A stretch of DNA of 64,000 nt from the NCBI RefSeq assembly GCF_018977255.1, contig NW_024704743.1, positions 59,584,001 to 59,648,000 of the forward strand, written 5' to 3'. A model generated the notes under the pieces. That model saw nothing but the letters and a program-made list of their open reading frames with translations, did not search any database and was not told where the DNA came from. The first letter of the stretch is position 1, and each line of letters starts with the position of its first letter. Shown one piece after another: positions 50,809 through 64,000 of the stretch. The translations under genes were made by a program, and so were the position numbers. This DNA comes from Callorhinchus milii (taxonomy: Eukaryota).

Positions 50809-53800
50809 CTGTGCAGGAAACAAACCGCAAAACAAACAAAAGTTAACATGTGTCAGGAAGTCCTTTTGAGTCAACTGTCAACGACGCCTATAGAAAAATG
50901 TAAATGCAAACTTATTACACTAGCAGTAGCGATAGCGCAGTGTATCCTCTAAATATCCTTATTGAATTAAGTTAGGCAAGGCTGCTAGGTTCAAGTGGAG
51001 TCCTGTAGCTTATTGATAAAAGCACTCCCCTTGCAAGCGAGAGGACTTCCATAAAGGGCAACTTTCTTTTTCTTTGCTTTCATGTGTCCAAGCTGCAGTG
51101 CACTAATCTGCTGTGTTCTCTGTACCTTTGATTCTTTGCTCTCATGCCTTTGAAATCCAACAACCTGTTCATTTCCTCTCAGATTTACTAGTTCCCTAAA
51201 GTTGCCTCTTGGACTCACTGTGTTTGTAGAAAACAATCAGCAACAAAAGCATGATTTCTGACATTGGTGAAGATGGGGAGAGGTTGAGATGAACCGTTTA
51301 GCTCCTCTACTCAGAGGCTCAAAGTCAAGTACTCTCTGAGATGGGGAACAAATTTGCTTTTGTGCATCATGGGAAATATTTTCTGTTTGAGATTAGTTAT
51401 GATTATTGGACACAAAAGCTTAACATATCAAATTCCATTCAAATAAGACTTATATTTCAGCTCTGTTTCGGATCAGTCACATTTTATTTATTTAGAACCA
51501 CATTATTTTCTTTTGTAATATTCTGGTTTAGCAGTAACAGTCTAAACCCCCAACAAAATAGAAAATTATGATGTATTGCAGTTCTGAAATCTTTTGTTTC
51601 ACTGAATATTTCCTTATACGACTACTGTATTACATTATATTTATTAAAAAAAGCCAGCTTGTCTTGAGGGCAGGGGTTAGGAGCCAGTGCTTTTATAGTC
51701 ATTTTAAACAATACATAGATTCGCCTGAATTGCTTTACACATAGAGTGGAGAATCCATGGAATTGACTACCCAGGTAAGAAGAATTTGAAGGCAAATTCT
51801 GGCAGAAAATTCAAGGGTCAATTGAATTGGATGAAGGAATTGACTGAAAGTTATGAGAGGTATATTGGAGAGTTTTTTTTAAAAAAAACTTTACATTTTC
51901 TTTTAAACTAGCCAAATGGTCAATGCTCTTTCCCAGGCCTGTATAATACTAAGTTCCTATAAACTTTTACATTAGCCATTGCAATGATTGTGAATAAAAA
52001 TGGAAACACAGTCCACATATTTGGAGTAACTTAAAATGTCCTCCCAACATGAAAGGCGCTATATAAATGCAATTTGTTGTTTTTGTTGTAAAACGCATCC
52101 CTCCCATTCAAAAATTAAAGTTATTTTCTCCTTCCTTGTCTGTCTCCACTGAAGTCTAACAGAGCATGTTTGGGAAGGCTTAAATCAGATGTTAATTTCT
52201 ATTAACAGCTGTTGAACAATTAGCAACTGGAATGCAGGTGCATTTCTCTGAAGGAGCTCATGCAACACAGAACTTTACATTTATATCTAGCTCTTTATGC
52301 AAAGTCTTCCCACGTGAGCAGCCTGTTGAAAATCCTTTCAATCAATCTGCAGTGAACAGCAAAGACCATCTGCCTGAGAAAAATTCTTACATGAGTAGCT
52401 GCCCGAGGCAGGCCTGGAAGGCACAAAGTTATTGGATCTCACACACCTTGACCCATGCTCTGGCGAAATCTACTGCAAATTGGCTCCCTCCTCCAATCAC
52501 CTTAATAACCCTAAATCCCTTAATCTCAGATTGTATCTCATTGAGTGAATAGATTAAGCAGCGAGAAAAAGACTCTCAGGTTGTAGGATGAGTTGGATAA
52601 ACAAATCAGGCCTTCAGGTAGAAGTTTTTTTTCAGATGTTAATTCTTACTTATACCAGTAACAGTAGCAAATTAGGGACTAAACAACTATTTTCCTAGAA
52701 GGGGAGGTAATTACGTTCACAAAGACATCTCTGTGTTAGGCTGGGCATGAGGAGCCAGCAGGTCTGGGAGATGCCGATTTAACCTTATGTGCAGCAGTGA
52801 GTACATATTAGCTACTGCACAGAGAAAAGACCAGATCCACAGGTTGGAAGATTAAAGAATAAGTACATCCGTCATATCATTCTCATATATTACTACATCT
52901 ACATGCACACAATTCTAAATCGTATTTGGCATCTGAATTTTTTGACTATATCTGCTCCATCCGAGATCCGCTGCACGTCAATATCATTACTTCTGCCTTT
53001 GCGTTTCTTCAGAGGAAACACTCCATTACGGGCAATACGCCAAACATATCGTATGCCACATATGAATACCTTTCTGGCAAAGAAATCTGTCTAGTCTCGA
53101 GCTAAACAAGAAAAACTAGAACTGTTCAGTCAGCTTCAGTCTCAATTGGTTTCACAAATCTTACTTTAATCCAAATAATTATAATAATAACAATCTAAAA
53201 GATGTACAGTTCCAGGGTATTTTAGGATCTTTTGTTTCAACTTTATTCAATATTAATTTAGTGAACAAAGCCTTGAATATGGAAGCTTTTGACAGGCATT
53301 ATTTACTGGGACAATGGTCACCAGCAACAATAACCACAAATAAATAATGATCTCAGTTTTGTTAAAGTCCTTTGAAAATACTACTCAGACTTGTGTCTTA
53401 CACACTCAAAGCCTGAAGATACAGCTGTATTTTTGAAAAAGCTTTAGTAATTTCTTTGTTATGACAATATATTGCTTCATTATGACCATGTATTGGCTTC
53501 AGGGACAAAAGGATTAGATTGGAGAGTAGTCCTACAGCACACCAGTGCAGATCAGATGAAGTAGTTTAACAGTGCTTGACTGGCTACCCAAAAGGATTTT
53601 TTAGGTAAAATGGGGGCAACGATTCGCATAAACCTCCATGCGTTTGAAAACTTTGTTGAGTCTTAAACAGGAGGGTGGGCACTGGGTGATCATTGGCTGG
53701 TCCAAGCCGTCACTCACCTAGATGTCAGACTCTGGGGTGGTAAGTATCAGGAGCCAATCACGGTGGCACTCTGGAAATTTCCCGATTTCCCATATAGTAT

Positions 53801-55059
53801 ATATATATCAAATACATATTAATCTATATTATATTAAATGTATATTAATATATATTATATTAAATATGTATATATATTTCCAGGGTAATATCCTTTCAAA
53901 AATAAAAATAATTAAAAAAAATGTGGTCATGACTGTTTGTGGGACACTGCTATGCGAATTGGCCACAAAATATACAGTCAATTCACTTTACAGTATATTC
54001 TGTGAAGCGATTTGAGGCATCTCAAAGACGTGATATATCACTGATTAGAACAAAACTAGAAAATCAGAACAAAACTATATCAAATGCAAGGATTATTACA
54101 ATGTAAGGATTATTATAGCTTGTCTGCCCCTGTAGTTTGATAATGATAGTAAATCTACTGAAAAAATAATATCATCAACATTACTATTTCGGTAATGTAT
54201 CTAGGTAATGTATCTTGTTTACATTTAATAAAATAATAATCATTCTTGCATTTGATACATTTGACTATATGAATTATGGCTCCCAAAGTAGAGCTTGAAT
54301 TCACCATCTTCTTGTAACTCAGAGGCAAGAAAGAGTACTACCAATTGAGCTAGGGTGACACACTTGCAACTAAAATGGAGTGAACACTGAGTGCTAGTTT
54401 TGTCTCAATCACACTTACCTGTGTTTGTAAACAAAATGCATAGCAATTTACAAATTGCAAAACAAGTATTTACTCCAATTTTGTTACACTCTAATGCATA
54501 AAAACAAACATGTGGCCCGTTTGTACTGCTGGAAGGGATTTTCAGTAGTAAAGTGGTCAGCAGCAAGAAAGAGCTGGAGGAGAGCTGTGGGGGCTCAAAG
54601 TAGAGCTCCCCTAACCAGCGGTAAATTCTACTTTTACTTACTAAAAAGCTGATCAAGCAACTCATTTTCTACGAAACATCAAAATTGTTTCCTTAAAAGT
54701 TTTTGGGCAGTCTTGCACTGCTTGGAGGAAAATATCAAGCGCTGGGCAGTGATGCCCATGTGTTATTACATCACATCACTGTTGATTTTGTATTGCCAGG
54801 GAGAGTTACACATGACCATCTGTTTCTCTCTCACTTGTGTGTGTCCTATTTCTGAAGCCACACGGAAAACAATCCATGCATTTTGTTGCAACAACTTTCA
54901 CATCAGGATGATGTTCCAAAGTGCTTCACTGGATTTATTATGAAGAAAAAAGTGACCGTATAGCAAACATGGCAGCTCAATTGTAAATGTCCCACAAACA
55001 ACCATAAAACTATAGACTATTTTTATTTGGAGGATTGTTGACCAAACACTGAAAGAACC

Positions 55060-55490
55060 TCTGGAGGGAGGTCAGAGAGGGTAGGAGGATGACTGAAGGT
55101 TCGGTCGAAAAGGAGGGACTTGAGGTATGCCTTGAAGGAGGAGAGGGAGGGAGCGAGGCAAAGGGAATGTGGGATGGCATTCCAGAGGGTGGGGACAGAG
55201 AAGCTGGCTGAAGGCCCTTCCGCTTGCTGAGCGGACAAGTTGATAAGGGGTTAGCAGGTCAGTGAGGTAAGAGGGGCCAAGACCATGGAGGCCTTTGAAG
55301 GTGAGGACGAGGATTTTGAATTCTATCCTCTGAGGGATGGAGAACCAGTGGATGGGGTCACGGAACCTGATGCGGGAGAGGACACGAGCTGCAGAGTTCT
55401 GGATGATCTGAAGCTTGTGGAGGGAAGAGTTGGGAAGGCCGACAAGCAGGGCGGTGGCATAGTTGAGCCTGGATGCAATGAAGGCATGTA
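55060..55490 (-). mobile_element. L2 LINE 3' fragment
   Basis: Minus ORF FSVPTLWNAIPHSLCLAPSLSSFKAYLKSLLF. Confidence 0.82.
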
Positions 55491-55734
55491 TTCCCTCTCC
55501 TTCATGTGAAGGTCTAGCTTCCTCTTGAATGCATCAAACTTGAATGCATCTGAACAGTCGGACAGAACTCAGGGAACAGTGCTACCAACTGAGTCAGGCA
55601 GACAGTCAAGGTTTCCACATCCATTACGGATGTCTGCAAAAATGACAGTCAAACTCTCTTGGTACAGAAACTTGACTCACTCCACTGTCATGAGAATCTA
55701 AAACAAACTGCCTCAAAGGCCATAATTAGTAGTC

Positions 55735-56065
55735 AATTGAGCCTGGCGCAGTTGGTAGCACTTTCACCTTTGGGTCCAAATGTTGTGGGTTCAAGCCTCA
55801 CATCAGGAGCTGGTAGGCATATAGTCCAAGCTGATACTCTAATGCTTGGGGTGTGCGCATTGTTGTCCTTAACACGAGATGTTAAGCCGAGGTCCTATCT
55901 GCCTCTTCAGGTGGACGTTAAAGATCCCACGGCACTATTCAAACAATTTCCCAAATAAAAATGGATTATTCACTTCATGGCTGTGTGTGGGATATTGCAG
56001 TGCACAAACAGTATATTCTGTGTAGTGCTTTGAAATGCCCTCCTGATGTGAAAGGCACTAAATTT
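55735..56065 (+). mobile_element. Deu-domain tRNA SINE (older family)
   Basis: TGGCGCAGTTGGTAGCAC head, GTGGGTTCAAGCC, then CAGGTGGACGTTAAAGATCCCACGGCACTATTC. Confidence 0.8.
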
Positions 56066-56321
56066 AACAAATGTAACAATTTTTATTATTCAAAGAAAGT
56101 GATAGATACTTTCTCATATTAAGACAGATAAATGAAATTAAAGAGTCACCATAGAAGAACATGGTCAAAAAGCTGAATGGTCTATTGCTATGTTCTACTG
56201 ACAAGGCAATGTAGTTAGTTGCTGATTCTGACAGGAAGGGAAGATGTGAAAAATTTATCAATATAATGTTAACATTTTTCATACTTTAAAAAAGTTGTTT
56301 CTAGCAGTTAACACACTGTAC

Positions 56322-56462
56322 CTTATACAATCCAAAGAATCCCAAGTCCTTTACTATGCTAAATGCACTGACACGATGACCAGAGGTGTCTTCACCTGCC
56401 ACTTGCAACCGGATCTTGACAATCTCCAGTGGATTAGTGAAGATAACCTGTGAAGCGCCAGC
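56322..56462 (-). CDS. SLC25A13: SLC25A13 coding exon (~exon 14), [47 protein letters not shown]
   Basis: tAG at 56464-56463, GTACAG from 56321, 141 bp, signature PLEIVKIR. Called A13 rather than A12 mainly from convergent synteny with DYNC1I1. No earlier exon found before 64000. Confidence 0.92.
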
Positions 56463-59400
56463 CTATGGAAAGAACAAGTGTATTCATTATCTTGTAAAAA
56501 TTTATGTCTACCAACTGGTCACAGCACTAAAAGAAACAGAAGGTGTTTCAAACAGAAATCACGAATAAAATAAAACCCTGAGAGGACTCAATTTTCCACA
56601 GTACACAAAACTGAGGAATGCGTGTATTTTCTTTATCAATACAAACCATCAGCATTATAATGCGGAGTTGCCAAAACTCATGTAACAATGAGCGCATGAA
56701 AAAAAATGGTCACCGATCGCGCTTCTGGGATGTCAAATTATCATTGATGTCACTTCCTGCATATTTGAATGCTGTGTACAAGGAACGCTGCTGGGGTCAT
56801 TTCCTTTGCTATCAGCAACACATAGTACACGTGTGCAGGACACATGTACAATACAAAATTATATTTGTATAGCCCCTTTCATGTAAGGAGGACGTCTCAA
56901 GGTGCGGATGGACAGTCAGGGATTTGGATCTGAGCTGGGGGTCGGGATCGGGGAGGGTGGAGGTGATTTTTGCACCATTTCTTGCTCAGAGCGAAGGTAT
57001 ACAGGAAGTGATATCAGCCTGCACACAGCACACAGGATATAATGTCGGCAGTAACTTGACAACCAAGAAAGGAACCAATGTTTAGCTTGTCTGAGCCAAA
57101 AGCTGGGTGTATCACACTTCCGGTATGGTTATGGTATGGTATAGTGAATCCATTGAAGACCTGTGATTATAAACAAACTCAGGGACAACATGTTCTAATG
57201 GAGTCATCCTGTATTATCTTTGAATAATTCTGCAGAAACCACATTTTTAATTCAACTAAAGGTCTACAGCATGCTTTCAGGCTCATTTTCTGAACAGTAG
57301 CTGTCTGAAAATGTTAAAATTACTGCTTCTTGTGTGGCCAAGTCCAAGTATGATTGCCTTTTGAAGCAGTGACCATATTTAATTACAACAACAAGGCAGC
57401 CGCAACCACTAATTCTCCCCACCCCTAGAGACGCATGTTATCAAACCCATGTCTGAAAGATGAAGAGGAAATCAGTGTATTCCATCAGGAATGGACACAG
57501 AACATTTCATAGATTCACAAAATTGTACAGCACAGATGGAGACCATTTGGCCAATTTTGCCTGTGCCGGCACTCTGAAAAAAACTATCCATTCGGTGAAG
57601 ATATTTGGGATTATTTTGGTCTTTTGTTACTTAAAATTAGATGCACAGTAGAATGAAAAAGATTACTATGAGGATTCCTGCTTCCCATCTAGGAACATGA
57701 GAAAATAACCTGGATTGTGCATTAAAGACAATGGATTTTTGAGAAGGCCTTCAAGGTCCTATTGAAACATAGAGGTAATAAAAGTCCTTATCAAATGTCC
57801 TCCAATTTTCTCCCTACTCTCTTCCACTCCTGAAGGGAAGGAATTCTATTTTTTTTCCCCTTCTACCATGCTAGTCATCGTCTGGTGCCTCAACATAATA
57901 GCCATTATTTATGGGTGAGCCTTGCTGGGTTATTTAACTGGGGGGAATCCTGTCTTTAATTCCTGACTTCTACGTGCCTATACCTGTTGGGATGGGGCAT
58001 TGTATCTGGATAGCTATAAAGTGATAACGTGTATAAACCCTGGCTGATTTCAATCTCCCTTAACCCAGAGTTGCTGAGGCCAATTTGGTAACCCAACTGG
58101 GGAGATCAGTTAACTCAGCACAGATTCAGCACCAGAGACATACAGACCAGATTCAATCCCTGTGCCTTTCTATAGGGGCATCATATGGACTTGTGCTGCA
58201 GAGTTACACACTGGACGAGCTTGTATTTTTTTAAGTCTGTGAAACAGAAGTGGTGTGGCAAAGGGTTAAACTGTTAGGAAAAGAAAAATCCAATTTCATT
58301 TTAAACTGGCAGCTTGAATATAATGCTCACTCGGGCAAGACAAGATAAAACAACTTCTGTCTTAAAATGAAAGATTTTGGCTCAATTACACCTGCTTTTC
58401 TGTCAGCAGTCTCAGGCTCAGGTTTCAGTGAGGCTTCAGGCTTTCATCAAGAAGCATGACAAGTCTTGCAAACATGGAAGTGGCTGGGGATTAATCTGGA
58501 GGGTAAAACCTGGTACACGCTGTCTTGTGGGCTGCACTCTTTATCCCTTTGAAAACGATCATTTCTAAAAAATGTAAAGACACAGACGGCGCTGTGAGGA
58601 TTACACTAACGTCCAGCAAAATGTTTTACAAACATGAGCTGTTTTGTGTAGGGCAAACAAAGCCAAGGCTGCAGTCAGACAGGGACTGGGTTTAGCTCCA
58701 AAACTGATCTATTGCCACATTTAGGAGTCAGTCCTATTTGCTTTGCTCTAGAATTTTCATCTGGGTGAGCGACATTTTCACTGTACACCAACCAGTAATC
58801 GGGCCTCATCACTGTAAGCCATTGATTATTATTTCCATCGTTCTTCAGTTGACTCCTTACAAAGGTATCAGGCTGCATCAAAGTGATCAGAGTATAACAA
58901 AGCCAAGATTATGAAAGCATTTAAAAGGCAATTGGATAAATACCTGAGGAAAAATAATATTAATGGATACTGTGAAACAGCAAGTGAATGAGATTACAGA
59001 CCTCCAATGGTGGAAGGTAGCACTCCTACGGCATAAAAGGATACAGCGTCTTTCTATGCTGTAAACCTTCCACTTCATGGCTTTTGTTGGGACACTGCTG
59101 TGCAAAAATTTACTGCCAAGCTCGCCTACAAAATAGACAGTATATCCTGTGAAGCGCTTTGAGATGTTCTACTGACATTCAAGGTGCCCATCAAATGAAA
59201 AGATTAATACTATTATGATCTCTAAGAGAACATATGCTTTGAAATTTATATTCTAGTTTGGGGACAATTTTGAATATTCCTCTTTTGCTTTTGCAGGTTA
59301 ATAACGTGACCATGGTTCTCACCTGTTCATCACCACCTGGTTCACCTTATTCACTTACTTTATTCACTACTACTCAATATCCCTTATATATTTAGTCAGA

Positions 59401-60715
59401 TTCATACGTATGTAGTTTCTGACCAGAGCTAAGTTCTCATTCAGTGCTGATAATCCAATTAGAGTTTCTGTGCTCAACCATGAAGTTGCTGAATTAACAT
59501 AATTTCTCCAATTTAATGATGTATCGCTTAATGTTATTACATTTTTCAGGACCAATCTGATTTGCATCTACAAACTTTGAGTGTTATTGATAATACGTTA
59601 ATATATTTAAAAATTCTGCATATGTTCCAACATGCGGGTGCTTGGAACATTGAAACTGGGTGTTTGCGGTGGGATTTGGAACAGACTGAAAGAAATATGG
59701 AAATGGCAGAATGAACCCACTTCCCGCTGTACATTACTGTACTGCCTGGGAGCAAAGCAGCTTCAGTTCCCGTCTCAGTGTTTGTTACCTTGGTCGGAGC
59801 AGAGGTGTCAATCAGAGAGCCGGAATGAGAGGTACAGGCAGTGCGGAGAGTGATAGGAAGAGAGCTGGGGCGGGAGATATATCCCTGCTCTCTCTTGAAA
59901 GAGGAACTTGATGATTGCCTGGCAGCCTTAAGTTGGTGCCCATCCAAGTTTCCATTCATAGCTACGCCTCTGGTTCAGAGGGTGTTTCTGGGTGCAAGAT
60001 CTGCACTTTAATTGGCACAAATGCTATGTGTGCATCTTGGAAAACGGAAAACAAGTATTTGTAGTGAAAATCAGCAAAAACAAGTTTTAAAAGGATCCTG
60101 CAATTTCACCATGACCTGATGTTCACATCAGTCCTGCCTTGGGACAGTAATTATCCCATTAGCCTTTAGTATGCTACACTTGCTACACTTCACAACTAAG
60201 CGTCTAGGTTTAGTACCGACAATTATTACCTTTGTATTGGAAGTGTAGTATGGTTTTAGATTCTTTTATGAAAGGTCGTTTATGTATGTTGCTTTTCTAT
60301 TATAAGTTTGTGTCCTGAGGCAAACCTGCCTTGGGAAGCAACTCAAAATGTATGTCCAGATCTCCTGGTGCTGCATTTCCTACCTAGAGTCTGATCTCCC
60401 ATTGCCTCACAGAGGAGCACCGATTCCACATTGACAAATCGCAATGCTTGAGGTCATTGTGTAAGATTTGTGATCCTGCTATCAGACTTTCGAACACATG
60501 TGAATCATCATTAGAAATTTATTGAATGTTCTACGATCTTTTCAACCAAGAGGATTTATTATTAGAATTATTGTTAGTTTAGCTGGTTCCAAGGTTCATT
60601 TTATTATTATTCTTCATTACTCTTAGTATGTTAAATGTTTATAATAAAAAAATTTAAAAAGAAAATATTGTTTTTCGTAAAAGTGGTGGAGGCTCCTCTT
60701 TAGGCAGGATTTGAA

Positions 60716-60741
60716 GGGGGGGGGGGGTGTGGGGGGGGGGG
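60716..60741. repeat. Interrupted poly-G tract
   Basis: G13-TGT-G10, read directly. Confidence 0.9.
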
Positions 60742-62714
60742 GAACGGTATAGCCAACAATTCCAAGATACGAGTAAGAAATTACTCTCAGTATCATTTAT
60801 TTCTTCATTTTTGGAGTCTCCTGGTTAATCAATTGAAAGGCAATCAAGCAAAATTCCAGTACATGATCCAAGCCCGTAACTGGCTGTGGTCAAGGATTTG
60901 TGATTAATATGTTTGTAGTCAAGATAAAAGCTGCATCAAACAATCATTATGACACTAATGAAGGCTATAAGTAGGCAATATTTTAGAAGAGGTAAACATT
61001 ACTAGCAAAATAAAGTCCTGAATTTTTATTAAAAATGCAGATTAATTATCCTAAACATTGTGTGCTTTTTGTTGTAATGTATTAAATAACTTGTTCTGAC
61101 AGACAAATATGAATTTTCTGCTCCTTCTGAATAAATCCATCTATGGCCCGTGTACTGCAGCAATTTAGGCAGGGTTGGAAACTCATTTAGATCTCAAGTT
61201 GACATTTCAGCGTGCACATAGATCTGTTTGTACATCTCAATGCTACAGAGAACCCTTCCGGGAGACAAGGACGATACAGTTATTAAGGTGTACGCAGTCT
61301 ACTTTGTGCTTCAAGACCAGCACAATATGTTTGAGGACATCAAAAGGAAGCTTATCAAAGCTTTGTTTGCCGTTTCTCAATACTCCTAAAGTTACTGCAA
61401 GGGGAAGTCTTACCTCACAGAGCCAGCAGGTCATTGATAAAACACAGGGAGCAGTCAGATGACAGTCAATGCTGTCTCTCCCACTCTTTTTCTCTCCCTT
61501 GGTGAATTTGCAAGCAGACAAGAATTCTCACGTCTTTCAAGCTCCAATGATTAACTTCAGGCAGAATCTCCATCAGCTAAAATGCATGGGCTGCATGGTA
61601 TGACAAATGATTGTTGTGTAGTATACACAGATTACCTGCCTGCTTCTAGGCTACAGAGGTAAAATATTGACTTGCAGGTTATAGGCATGATTTGAGTGCA
61701 CCGCCATGAATGAAACATGCAATGCGATGGGGAACAGTTTACACTATTTTCCTGATCAAGTGTATGTTAAAGATCCCATGGCACTATTCAATAAGAGAAG
61801 GGATTTTCTCCAAATCTCCTGGCCAACAATTCCCCAAATAAAAAAATTGGTCATTTACTTCCTGGTGGGATGTTGCTGTGCATAAAATGACTGCCAAGTC
61901 CGCCACAAACACACACACTGCACTCTACAAATTTACATTTATATAACTCCTTTCACATTGCCTTTATATGCTATGAAGTGTCTGGAATCCTTCTGCCCTT
62001 TCTCCCAGAAGCATTCTCCCAGAAGCATGTGGCACTGAACTGTGCAGATCTCATATTGACGTCTTGTGATTGCTCTAAATCCCCCACCCTCTCTGAGCCA
62101 CCATTGGTGGCCGAGCCTTCAGATATTATACCCCTAATCTCTGGAACTCCCTACCTCTACCCCTCTATCTCGCCCCTTCTCTCTGCCTTTAATGTCCTGC
62201 CTTAATTCTACCTCTGAACATATCTATGGCCGCCTTTCTCTTCCCCTCTCCCTCGCTATCTGACCTCGTTTGTGTAAAATCCGCTGAGACGTTATCCTAT
62301 GTATATCATGTTATATAAATGTAATTAATTTTAAAAGGCACAAGTGTTATCTCATACACAATGAAAGGGAAAAGTTATTACCTCAAATTGAAGCAGTTCA
62401 ATAATTATATTAACTGCCCGAGGTGGGCGGACAGTGGCGAAGGCTAATAAAGCTAACAAAGCGTTCCAGAAAGTAACAACTTCATTATCCAAATGACTCC
62501 CATTTGATTATGAAAACAATCTTCGTTTCTGACCTGCACATTTGGAAATTAGCTCATTTATATATTTTATGTGTTGCACACATGTATAAGCACACACTGG
62601 AGCAGTAAACTACTACCAATTATTCTTCCTTGGACACCTCTTTAATCAAATTAATGCAGATGGAATGGAGATTCAAAAATCTAAGTATCTAATGCTTGTA
62701 TGGTAGTAGTGGTG

Positions 62715-64000
62715 GCTCGCATCTCCCGATCCCAACTCAGCCTATCCCCTTACTCCTCCAGAACCTTCCCTTCCTTTGAGCACGTTACCCTTTATCACCC
62801 CTCCAACCTTTCCTTCAAAATTCTCCTTATCTCCTCTCTCGCCACTCCCTTCATGAGCCCCTCTAATCAGGTTTCCATGCCGCTCACAGCACAGAAACAG
62901 CTTTGGTCAAAGTGACAAATGATATTTTGTATCTGAGACTCGGGCTCCCTCTGCATCCTTATCCTCCTTGACCTCTCTGCTGCTTTAGATACCATTGACC
63001 ACTCTATCTTCATCCACTTCCTCTCCTCTCACGTCAACCTTCATGGTTCTTGGGTGGTTCAGATTGTATTTCTCACACAGTCTCCACTTCATTTCCACAA
63101 AGGGTTTCTCCTCTAGCCCCCGCACTGTCTCACGTGGCGTTCCTCAGGGCTCTTTCCTTGGTCCCCTCCTCTTCAATATCTATATGCTTCTGCTTGGTGG
63201 CATGGGGTCAATTTCTACACGTATGCAGATGACACCCAACTCTATCTCTCTGCCTCCACTCTTGACTCCAGGACCACTGCATTCACTTTTCTGGTGAATT
63301 TTTATGCGAAACAAACAAAATGTTGTCAGACATCAAGTCCTGGATAAGAGCTAACTTTCTACAGTTGAACGTCAACAAGACCGAGGTCCTTCTGATTGGC
63401 TCCTGTCAGTTCCCCCACACCTCAGGGGCCAACAGCATCACCATCGAAGGATGCACACTCCACCTTGCTAAGCCAGTCCAGAACCTTGGCTTCTTATTTG
63501 ACCCTCAACTGTCCTTTCTACCCCACATCTGTGCTATGACCTGCTCTGCCTTCCCCCACCTCCGCAACATCGCTTTTCTCCACCACTGTCTCACACCGCA
63601 GGCCACTGAAACCCTCATACATGAATCATAACATCCAGGCTTGACTACACAAACTCCCCACTTGTCGGCTTTCCCAACTCCTCCCTCCATTGGCTGCAGA
63701 TCATCCAGAACTCTGCAGCCCATGTCCTCTCCCGCACCAGGCTCCGTGACCCTATCAACCCCATCCTCGCCCAACTCCACTGGCTTCCCATCACACAGAG
63801 GACATAGTTCAAGATCCTGGTCCTCACCTTCAAAGCCCTCTGTGCTCCCTCCTACCATCCTGCCTGCTGCCTCCGCTCAGCGGGCTCCGGTCTGCTTCAT
63901 GTCCCCCATTGGTGGGCGGGCCTTCAGCCATTCTGCCCCCACTTTCTGGCACTGCATCCCATGGTCCCTCCGGCTCAGCCCCTCCCTTGCCTCCTTCAAG
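62715..64000 (+). mobile_element. L2 LINE reverse-transcriptase fragment running off the window end
   Basis: TETALVKVTNDIL, LDLSAA, GVPQGSFLGPLLFNIY, YADDT (tatgcagatgacacc ~63222) and NFLQLNVNKTEVLLIG, with frameshifts. Confidence 0.92.

Noticed and set aside
56463..64000. Next upstream SLC25A13 exon (expected to end ...LAGGC)
   Set aside because: Not found by eye. It presumably lies beyond the window, so this is not evidence of gene loss.

Overview
Vertebrate genomic DNA, not prokaryotic. The repeat content (Deu-domain SINEs, CR1 and L2 LINEs, Penelope-type fragments) points to a cartilaginous fish, possibly a chimaera; that is inference. The window holds the 3' halves of two convergent genes. 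On +, the last 7 coding exons of cytoplasmic dynein 1 intermediate chain 1 (DYNC1I1; 660-36207) splice in frame at GT-AG sites. On -, the last 5 coding exons of the mitochondrial aspartate/glutamate carrier citrin (SLC25A13; 56462-44417) do the same. This tail-to-tail pair is the known neighbourhood of the DLX5/6 (SHFM1) regulatory domain, where human and mouse DYNC1I1 exons 15 and 17 also act as enhancers. Almost all other ORF-track entries are LINE debris or chance ORFs. The most unusual structure seen directly is a ~320-bp palindromic insertion (853-1174) with a 12-bp target-site duplication and two oppositely oriented minimal hammerhead-ribozyme motifs of the Penelope type. Other items are a three-level transposon nest, a visible SINE/L2 tail partnership, locally templated duplications, an unclassified ~500-bp repeat in three copies, divergent citrin segments and several enhancer-like islands. 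I cannot support a wholly new biological system from the sequence alone. Comparisons with human proteins and repeat consensus sequences are from memory and need alignment.
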